From the NCBI GenBank assembly GCA_030704615.1, contig CM060734.1:37138001-37202000 (forward strand): DNA of 64,000 nt. Direction: 5' to 3'. Of this stretch, positions 24,750 to 34,900 are shown piece by piece. The notes under the pieces are model-generated. The model did not search any database. It worked only from the letters and a program-made list of their open reading frames with translations, and was not told the DNA's origin. The DNA is from Takakia lepidozioides (lineage: Eukaryota; Plantae; Bryophyta). Within the stretch, counting starts at the first letter, position 1; each line of letters opens with the position of its first letter. Made by a program: the position numbers and the translations under genes.

Positions 24750-24876
24750 GCTCACTTCGGCACTAAATGGAATGTCCTTGCCGATCCCGTAACACCTTTC
24801 CCCTCCGTCATTCTTTCACCTTCTACATTCCCATCGCACCTGCCAACTACAACATACAAATTCAAGAACAACAAAT
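24750..24876 (-). pseudogene. Degenerate E2 motif downstream of the PPR premature stop
   Basis: A shifted frame after ...DPQHAPT* reads LLFLNLYVVVGRCDGNVEGERMTEGKGV, matching the E2 consensus VLLSNIYAAAGRW....VR..M...GV. Confidence 0.65.
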
Positions 24877-26983
24877 TCAAGTTGGAGCATGTTGTGGATC
24901 CAACTTGAGAAGGCATTTTGCTGCCCATTCTGCTAACTCTACGTTGCCATGAAATCTGCAGGCGCTGAGAAAGGCCCCCAACACCCCAGCATCTGCTTCA
25001 ATTGGCAATTTTCTAATGAAGTCCTCTGCCTCATCCAATCGCCCGGCACGGCCAAGAAGGTCTACAATGCAGCCAAAATGCTCCACTGTAGGGGTGAGGC
25101 CATGATCTCGACTAATGGAATCAAAGTAGTGAAGGCCTTCATCCACAAGGCCCTCATGGCTACATGCACAAAGAACAGATGTAAAGGTGATAGCATTTGG
25201 CTTAATGCCTTCTTCCTTCATTTTTAGAAAAAGTTGCAGGGCCTCCCCAGCACGCCCATTCTGGGCATATCCTGAGATCATCGCACTCCATGAGACCACA
25301 TTTCTTTTTGACATACTGTTGAATACTTCAAGTGCATCCATCATGCTCCCACATTTGGCATACATGTCAACAAGGGCAGTTTCCAAATCAACACATGAGG
25401 CAATTCCAGCTTTGCGGATGGCTGCATGCACCTCTTTGCCCTTTTCCAGGGCTCCCTGGCTGGCACATGCCAGGAGAACACAAATAAATGTAACCCTGTT
25501 GGGAGTCACCCCTTCCCGTTGCATTTGCTCATAGATATTCAAAGCCTCACTACCACACCCATGCTGAGCGTATCCTGCAATCATGGTGTTCCATGAGATT
25601 TCATCTCGTTTAGCCATACTGTCAAACACTTTCCGTGAGTCCTTCATGCTCCCACATTTGGCGTACATACAAGCAAGGGCAGTCTCCAGAATGACATCTG
25701 GCACAATTCCAGCTTTGATACTGTCAGCATGGACCGCTTTGCCCTTCTCCAAGGCTCCTAGGCTGGCACATGCATTGAGAGTCGTGCTGATTGTGACAGC
25801 GTTTGGTGTCACCCCTTTCCATTGCATTTCCTCATACATTTTGAGAGCCTCCAGACCACACCCATGCTGGGCATATCCTCCAATCATGGCGTTCCACGAG
25901 ACCACATCTTGTTTAGCCATGTTGTCAAACACTTTATGCGCATCCCTCATGCTCCCACATTTGGCATACATGTCAACAAGGGTATTCTCCAAATTTATAT
26001 ATGAGACAATTTGAGCTTCCACTATGTGAGCATGTACCTCTTTGCCCTTGTCCAGGGCTCCTACCCTGGCACACGCTTTGAGAATACAAATAAAAGTGAC
26101 TGTGTTAGGCATCACCCCTTCCCGTTGCATCTGCTCATAGACATTGAAAGCCTCGCTACTGCACCCACACTTGGCATATCCTGTGATCATTATAGTCCAT
26201 GTAAACACATCTCGTTTAGGCATGTTGTCAAACACTTTGCGTGCATCCACCAGGCTTCCACACTTGGCATACATGTTGACAAGGGTGTTGAGTAGAAATA
26301 TGTTGGGGTTGAATCCACTTTTGATGATGTGCATGTGCACCTGTTTTCCCTCCGCTAGTCTGTTCATCTTGATGCATTCCTGCAAGATGCAGAGGTAAGT
26401 GTAGGAGTCTAAACAAACGCCTCCTTGGTTCATAATATGCAGTGCCTCTCTGAGTCGTCCTGCCTTGCATTGCGTCCTCACATTCTGATAAAAACCAAGA
26501 GAGTCCTTCCTGACTCCTCCTGGTCGTGTTTCAAAAACAGTGCTGGTCGTAGCGGTGTTTTCCCAGCCATCAGATGGAGATCCAACAAACAATTGGGTCT
26601 TGTTCAGCCCTGCCATCCTGCAAAACTTTGGCAAAACTTTACACTCAAACTCACATAATCAATCTATCCAAGCTCCTCGATTATTAAAAGAAAGACCTGT
26701 TTATGAGAAAAGGTCATATAAACTGTAGTAACCCAATCTGGTTAAGTTGGAACTCTTACAACATAATTAAACAATACCTGTCCTGAGCTCCACAGTGTAC
26801 ATCCACACTGAAACCATCACCAGTATGTGTTAGACCTTGTATCATCACAGCTAGGTCCGCTTTCGCCCATGGAGGGTTCAACACACTCTCCATCTCTGGC
26901 CATCTTGGACTTGTCTGTGTAACCATGAGTGAGGAGCGGAGCAGCAGCAGGTTTCTCATCAGCATTGACCCACAGTGCCTCAT
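24877..26983 (-). CDS. PLS-class pentatricopeptide repeat protein (about 15 P/L/S motifs ending P2-L2-S2-E1; no intact E2 or DYW); exons 26983-26778 and 26617-24877
   Basis: Repeats of LVDMYAKCGS, VVSWNAMIGGYAQHG and TFICILKAC; S2 HFGCIVDLLGRAGRLDEA; E1 LGAFLSACRFHGNVELAE. The phase-2 intron GACAG|gtatt...ttttgcag|GATG joins the two ORFs in frame. Confidence 0.9.
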
Positions 26984-29238
26984 TGCTGCTCGTGCTTCAA
27001 ATCTGGTCCTCTAGGATGGATCTGCATGCTCCAGTCCATACCCGCTTCAGCTATCCCTGCCTTGACAAGAAAAATGACTATATGCCTCTGCAGACCAAGA
27101 CGACCAACAATTCACAAAACAAACAACAACGCATACCAAATTACAGTATGGACTTGGTTGCAAGAACAAATATGTGTATGTGAGAGAGACATACTGACCA
27201 GCAGCAGCTTATGGGGTCTCAACCATCCCCAGGGTATGGAAAAGTAGGCCAATATTGTCATGCTGCTCACACACAGTAAAGAAAACAATTAACTGACAAG
27301 GGATCGGATATTGATGAAGGGCTGGTATTGACAGCTATGCGCCTATAATTGCACTGCCAATTGCATATTAGAAGAGATCATGCCCACCGATTTAAGCCTT
27401 TTAATGAAATCAAGTTGGCATGTGGTGGCATCACTTAGAAGCCAGACATCTAATTTCCAGGGATGTGTCCTTCAGTCAAAGCAGTTTAATGCCATCTGTT
27501 CGTTTCCATTTCAGTCAAGTGCCAAGGGGACGTAGGCCCTTCAGATCATCCTTGGGAGAGAGAGAGAGAACAGTCCTCAAGCCTCTGATTTTCAGGTTTC
27601 CAAATTCTGCCTACTATACAAAGACAGCAAAGCACATGGACCAGAACATGTGAAGGTGCGAGCATATATACTTCAGCTTGTTGCTATTGCAGGACCTAGC
27701 ACAATATGTCATCAGTTAGTCTGCCAACAAGAGTCATGCTTCATTAACAGGAACCTTCATGGATTAGGTGAACCAAAAGTTGTGTTGCTAAAGGATCTTA
27801 ACTATATTCAAGGAAAAAGAGAGAGATTATGGGCACTACTGTGAATTTGGAAGAAAGTTTCTCACTGCATCATGCAGTAACAGGAATTCACCTTATCAAC
27901 TTGATTGTCCAACCCTTGACTGGGGTTCGAAATACATTCATCCCAAAGCTTGTCCTCGTCTCTATTTTGGCCTTTTGGGTACTTGCCTGCAACCCCAGGA
28001 GTAGGAGCATGTCAAAAACAGACAGACCGAACAGAGATCCACCAGACAAGCCAATTTGAATAGCCCCAAGAAGGTGGGGTGCATGTTAGTTCTGCAAGCC
28101 CCATGTGGAAATCTAAAAGGAAGGCTCGGAATAAGGGGCAATAATATAAAGGGGGAAACTCGAATTCATAACCTGCTCCATAAGATTCACAATTATCACC
28201 TCAAATAAGGTACAGTGGTCAACATGCTCATACCAAAACCAAACCATCCATTGATGGAGGATGGAACAAGCCTTAAAGGAAGGATCATTCTGACCCAATA
28301 CTAATAGCACTAAATAAATAGCATATGGAAAGAGCCATCCTTGCGAAGTGCTTGCATGTAACTTACTGGACAACGTAAACAATGCTGTGGGAAGACAAAT
28401 CGCCATTACAACCTAATCCATCCTACAGTTTCACGATACTTACCACTAGCTGCTTCCAGATCGTCGCATTGGCCATCTACCTCCGCAGGTTTTGTGGATT
28501 TCAGTCCACAGTGCCTCAATTGCACTCTTATGCTTAAAATCTGATTCTTTAGAATGACTCTGCACCCACACCCCATCCCTGTTGATCCAGCACTCCTCCT
28601 CTAGCTTGCAATAGATGAAACTCATGTGAAGGCCGTTGAGTTACATAGCCGATCACAGTGTGATGATAAAGCACCCCAACGTATACACAAAGCTTTCGTT
28701 ACTTTGCGAGAATGTTCTCAGTGCTTCTTTCTGCTACAGGAGACGAGGCATCTACCTTATTATCACAATCACCCCACCAGTGACTGAAATTAGAAATATG
28801 TTCGCTCCAAAGCTCCTCCTTGTCTGCAACGTTGCCTTTTGGGGACTTGTGTCCATCGGCAACTTCCTTGGTGAATATAACGGCCAGTGAACGTAATAAC
28901 CCCTCATTGTTCTCCACCTCTAAGTGAACTCCTTGCTCATACTCCTATCCATACACCTGGTCGGCTGATCTCCACTCCCGCTTGAAACTGGTCGAGACAA
29001 ATCTCAATGCAAACGCGTCTCGAAAAATGCAGGAAGCGTACAGATCGTCCACCCCACACGTTCTCACAACTCTTTCAGCCCAGGGCAGAGTAGCCTGGGC
29101 CCGAATTCTATGACAACACCCGGGATTCCTCCAGAAAGTAAGAGCGCTCCCCGACCATAGTCTTCAAACCCTACGCTGAAGTGTGCTCACTGATCTCCAA
29201 ACCCTTGATGCTGCAAACCCTAGAAGACGACTACCTAT
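26984..29238 (-). pseudogene. Decayed ancestral N-terminal exons of the PPR gene: transit peptide plus OSB-type PDF motifs (exons ~29238-28756, 28559-28444, 27986-27892, 27021-)
   Basis: Reads (ATA)GSRLLGFAASRVWRSVSTLQRRV*RLW...EELWSEHISNFSHWWGDCDNK|SHSKESDFKHKSAIEALW...|KLWDECISNPSQGLDNQVDK|IHPRGPDLKH[fs]SNEALWVN, with canonical GT-AG junctions, two stops and at least two frameshifts. Confidence 0.75.
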
Positions 29239-29261
29239 TATTATTATTATTATTATTATTA
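29236..29261 (+). repeat. (TAT)n microsatellite
   Basis: tattattattattattattattatta. Confidence 0.95.
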
Positions 29262-29700
29262 TGCTTCCGAAACTATTTTTTTCCCTTCAATAATTCTAAT
29301 AAAGTTTTCCCAGGGTTGCAGGCTCTGTCCCCTGTTAAGCAAAAAATAAAAATAAAAATAAAAATAAAAATATAATGAAAATGCAAAATTTGGCCTACTG
29401 TGGATCCTTTTTTTAAACAATTGTCGTTCTCCTTACAATATCCAAATAATAACTTATATCTGGTGTGAATAATGTATATTGCCTATATATATGAGAGAAC
29501 TGTCAATTTCAGTAATTAGTCGACACTTTTTTCCTAGATTTCACCAAGTTTGGAAAGTGAAACTGCCACCCTTTTATTTGCCTACAATAAGTTGACAAAT
29601 TAAGTTTTTGAAAAGGGTGGTACGTGGAAGGGGCTGTAGTTCTACCAGGCACGGTAAAAAGGGGTACTCACTTAGGGTTTCACTTTCTCGTCTCCCGTTT
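29240..29700. promoter_or_regulatory. AT-rich divergent promoter region between the PPR gene (-) and the SDG2-like gene (+)
   Basis: Head-to-head genes; TAGGGTTT telo-box at 29673 followed by a CT-rich leader; (AAAATA)n at 29342-29372. Confidence 0.5.
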
Positions 29701-31914
29701 CTTCGTGCTTGTCTTCCCTCCTGTGCTCGCGCACTAGGCCCTCGTTGCACCTCCTTGCGAGAACGTTGTTACCAAGTCAGTGTGCATAATATGTCTCGGT
29801 CTTTTCGCTGTGCATCTGCGGCAGCTCTGTGGCCCTCCAGACTGTTTATGTCGGGGGCGTGAGAGCGTCAGGGCCTGTGTTGGATGGCGGGCTAATTCGT
29901 CTGGTGCAATAAGAGTGCGGGAGTATAAGGAAGGGACGAGGGTAAGGAGAGGTGGAGATCTTTGTTGAACGACATTATGTGGCTTTGGAAATTCCTGATT
30001 TGCTGAGAACGCTTCTTTGTGGTGAGATGTTTTACCCGCAACCCCCCCACCCCACGCCCCCACCCCCCGGGGCTTTCTGCAGTTGTTTACGACGCATGTA
30101 AAGATTGATGTGCGTACGTGGGAAGCTCTTTTTTTAATTTTCTGTTCATGTGTGATTCTGCAGTGCTTCCGGTATGTGTCCATTCTGAAGTGTGTGTTAT
30201 TCAACAGTCATATGGTGATGAGCGATTGTGACCACCCAGATGTTGTGAATTGGTGATACATAGGTCAAGTTGTAATAAAAGCATGTTTCTTGGGACGGAA
30301 GGAGTTGTTAGGCTACTTGCATTCTGTCTTTGGTGTCGTTATTGACTTTGTGCCTCCCTCGTCAGTATTCCGTACGATGTCAACTCTCGATTCTTTAGTT
30401 CAGATCCTGGAAAATAGATACTTATTAGAAGCTTTGTAGGTACTGTTCTTTTTACCTATGAACCTCTGCCCTGGAAGTCATTAACAAGCTAAATTATGTT
30501 GTGGTTGTTATTTGGTATTAATGTGACACTTAACATGTAAGACAAGCTCAATTCAATTCTCTGGAAGTCATTACCGATTGGCTGTGATGGGCTCCTAGTC
30601 ATGTTATCTTCCCCGTGTTGTCTCCTGTCGATATATGGTCAGGCCTCAATCAGTTTATGGAGTAGCTTTGGCAGGGTGTTTTTACGTTCTGTAAACTCCC
30701 TTTTGCACGTCACCTTAGTGGCCTTTTCCAGGGTTTGGGTTCCATATAGTTTTGACCTGATTCTTTAGTGATGGGGTCTTCTAGCACTGTATTTACATTT
30801 TTCAATTATCATCTTCCCAAGGTTATTACTTGAAGATACATGTACTGTACAGCCCGCGGTCTTTTTTGCAGGCAAGTAATTTGCTAGGTCTAATCAGATA
30901 AGCACAGGGGCGCCATATCATATATTAACTCTGTCGAAGCTATGAGCGCATGTGATGCCTACAAGGGCAAATGGAAAATGGCTCATTTTAGTGTGACATG
31001 ACTTGGAATGCAGCATACTTAAAAGGAAATACTTTGATGCAACTCACACAACCATGCACAGCAAGCTGGTTTCCATTTGTCAGAAATTGTTTAGTTTAGA
31101 TTTCAGTGTCTGTTAGCTTTTACTGGAGCAGGAAGAGGGGAAAGTAAACAGAGATTGGTACCTGGCAGGAAAACTCACAGGAAGTACACTTCCAGTTTTT
31201 GTACCAGGAGTGTCAGGCAGTATGAAGTTACCTGGAAGAGACTGTCACGGTGGCTGACTTGAGTGGTGGCTGCCTGACTTGGTGTGTTCGATTTCTCTTT
31301 TCCCCTACAGTTTGTGAGCTGAAATTTAACCCTAGCATGAAGGGCGTTTTTAGCTGGAGAGTGAACTCGACATCCTCGAATAATCAACCCATGAAATGTA
31401 ACATGGTACATTTTACCTTCAGGTTTTGTTGGGATTTTGTCTTGAGAAGGGGACGAGTGCCCTTAATAACTTCTGCAGAGGAGTGAGGGTGGTGAAGAGA
31501 GGGGAGAATATAGAAAAGTGAAAGAAGAGTCTTCCAAGTAGGAAATGAAGACGAATATTTCAAATTGATTGTCATTTGGTATCGACTAAGAACTGGGACC
31601 AAAAGGTTTGTGTGGGCAGGTGTTACCCAAAATGAAAGATGTTAGATCCTGAAGAGAAGTGGGAACGACAACTATGGTATTATTTTTAAGTGTTTTTTTA
31701 ATATGCTCTAGGTGAAATTACTACTGTGTGTGGCTTGCTGGTCTTGCACATTGGTGATGACAGTGAACAACTACCCATGAATTTGCAGTAATTGAGGACA
31801 TTAGGAACATCAGCACTAACAGCCTCTGTGGCTTAACTTTTCTCTCAGGTGTCCAGAATGGTTTTAAGGTGATGCAAGTTTCCAACTGCAGCAGTGGCTC
31901 AGTGTGTGGGGAGT

Positions 31915-34900
31915 ATGGATAGACATAGAGGTTCAATTGGGCTTCAATCTGAAGAACGTCCCCATTTGGGGCAACAGCCATTTGATCGCGGTCGAGCATG
32001 TTTTGAATGTGGACAGCTGGGGCATCTAGCAAGAGATTGCCTACAGAGGATCAGCAGGGGTTATGGCGGGAGGCCAACCGGACTGGTGGGAAGGGCTTTC
32101 GTACAAGGATGGGGAAACCAAATCATACCAGGTTTTCGCCAGTCGTCTACACAAGGAAGGGAGCATGGGTACTTGAGTAGGGATGATGGTCACAGGGGTT
32201 GGCAGCAAGACACCAATTATGACCGTGGAGAGACTTACAACCCTGGGTCTAGAGGAAGGGAACCAGAAAGTCGACATTCAACACCTGTTCACAACAGGGT
32301 GAGGGACAGGGATAGGGAAAGGAAATCAGGTGGGCCTGATACTGGTTCTCAGCCTCAAGTCCAATCTGCATGCAATCGACCTTCTGAGCAAAGTGCTGAA
32401 GGAGAGTATAAGAAACCTAGGAACAGCGGTTTTGATGTAAAACCAGATACCGTAAAGATAAAGGATGTGTCAAATGGTGACATAGCAGCTCGAATATCTC
32501 CGAAGGCTGCTCTAGGTAGTTGTGATCAGGAAAGAGGTCGTGAAGACGGAGGACGGATTAAAAAAGAAAAGATTGTGGTGGAGGCAGGTGGAACTGCTCC
32601 GTTAGACTTGCACCCGGGAGACTCAAAGGATAGTGAACAAGTAGAGAGGGGAAGTGACCCCGAGGAAAGAACTGGAAGGCTTGCATCGGCATCTTTGGAT
32701 CTGAACAAGGATATATTGAGAGCCAGCAAAGATGAGTCTCCAAGCTCTTGTCAAGGTAGGGACTCCAGAGCAGCAAACAGAAAGGGTGCTAATGAATGTC
32801 GGCCACATTCTGCGAGGCCTGGTCATGGTGGGGCAGGAAGGGAGGAAGTTCGTGCTTCTTCACATCATGGTGCAGGTGGAGATTCTGTTTTGCGGGACGA
32901 TAAGAGTAACCATGCAACAACTGCAGGTCGGCGAAGCTCTCGGTGGGACAGTGGCAGAGAGGGATGCTCGGTTATCAAGCAATCTGCCAGTGACAGGGAT
33001 AGAGAAGCCAGGATGTCTTCCCAGCCTGCAGTTCGAGAACGCATATCTGGCCGGGATAGTGTTATTGATAGGAAGATGGTACTTGATGGGGATGTTTGTG
33101 GGGACTATCAGACTCGTGCTAAGGGGAGAGTTGGAATGAATGAGAGAGAGGGATCATGGCAAAATGCTGGGAATGGATCTTCATGCTGGGATAAAGGCCC
33201 TCCACGAGGGAATGAGCCTATTTGGTGCAATGATCAAGACAAGCGGTCACGGCAACCTTCAGAGACTGCTTCTCCTTCCACATCCGGCTGGGGCAAAGGA
33301 AGGTTGGGTGGGAGGGACAAAGAAGGTACAACTGATTGGTGCCCTCGTTATGGAAGCCGAGAGGATAATATGGACAGAGGCTCAAACCACGCTGCAGTAA
33401 AAGAGTCAGACCGGGATGGAGTTGGAGTAGAGAGAGGAAATACACGGTGGAGCACCCTAGAGAAAAACGGAATGCGGCGTAGTTATCCAATTCGCAATGG
33501 GTATGGAAGTCGGTGTGGTGATAATAACTGCTGGAGGGAAGCTGGTGATCGAGATCATGCGTCGCGTGTTCATAGCACAGAGCGGAGATCGCAATCACAC
33601 CAAAACTGGGAAGATCAGCAACAGGTGGGAAGTCCATGCCATGACAGCAATGGAAACCAGTGCCGTCCCTGCAATGACCCTGCACCCAATGTGGGTGCAG
33701 TGAAGCCCCATGAAGTAGAGGGCCCTGTATCCATGGCTGTGTCTCCTGTCCCTCCTTCTCGTCCTCACTCAGCTATCGAGTGGCATCCTCTTACACCATC
33801 AGGTACACAATGCCCACAGGCATGGACTGGAGGTCCACAGCCACCTGATCAAAAGTCACAAGGGGAAATAGAAGTCCAGAAAAGCAACGGGTGGTGTTAT
33901 ATTGATAGAATGGGTGTTTTACAGGGACCGTTGGACCTTGTGGAGCTGAAAGGTCGGCAGCTACAGTCGGACCATATGGTATGGCTCGAGAGAAGCAATG
34001 AGGTGGTTACTCTTGAGCATGCAAAATCTCCTCACCACTGCAGCCCCCGAGTACCCTCTCCGGGATTGTCGACAGTTTCATCACAAGGTCAACCACACCC
34101 TGAGCCTCAAAGTATTGCGTCAGGCTATGGAGATCTGAGCTGCCAAGTGGCGGCAGGTACTGATTTGAATGTATCTGCGATATGGAAGGATTTTCATATC
34201 GACGAGCGGGTTGACAACTTAATGCGGAACTTCCCACTAGTCGCTGGCAGGGAACAGGAGACTGTCTCTGGTATGCTCCCACACCCTTTCATGCATCTTG
34301 ATCTGGTGGTGTGGCAACACTGTTGGACATCAGGGTATGGTAAAGCCAAGGTTGGAATGCTTTTACAATTATCTTATTTGAGGGTTTTCACAGATGCACA
34401 AGTCAAATTGGGGTTTCTGTCCGAGACTCTTAATGAAATCCATGACAACATCAATGAAGTGAGTGAAATGGCAGGGTTCTTAGAGCTGACAGTAGGTCAT
34501 TGCATAGTATCAAATTCATGAAGCTTCAATGCAAGTTTCAAGTTTCACGGACCTTGTTTAGCTGAGTGTGGCATCTGCTAAACAATCTCAGCCGTGGCCC
34601 CTGTTGGACCTTGTACGGCAAGTGCCTTTGAGCATGTGCTGAGTTCCAAGGCATAGTATGGTGCGGCAAGTTTTTCGAACCCATGGTTGTCGGCATGTTC
34701 TAAAAGGCAATTGGGGTTTGAGTTATTCCAAGCTGCTTCATTTTGTTGCGGAATAAACTCAGTAACAGAAAAGGTCAGGGAAGCTTCTCAACTGAGCACT
34801 AGTCTCATATGGCGGGAAAGATGTTCGCCCCTCTTTCCCAATCTGTATTGAGCTTCTGTTAGAAACAAGAACAATCCACACAGACCGAAAATGCAACTAG

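Noticed and set aside
24300-24750. Possible DYW deaminase remnant downstream of the PPR (GRAWCIELKET resembles a PG box)
   Set aside because: I found no HSEKLA, CxxCH or terminal DYW-like motif in the frames I read, so the similarity is too short to support.
24949-26728. Multiple plus-strand ORFs with repetitive sequence
   Set aside because: Antisense shadows of the PPR repeats.
34271-34521. C-terminal extension of the 875-aa ORF, and similar tails on other SDG2 ORFs
   Set aside because: Read-through into introns; splicing at 34270 restores the homologous ETVSEAL sequence.
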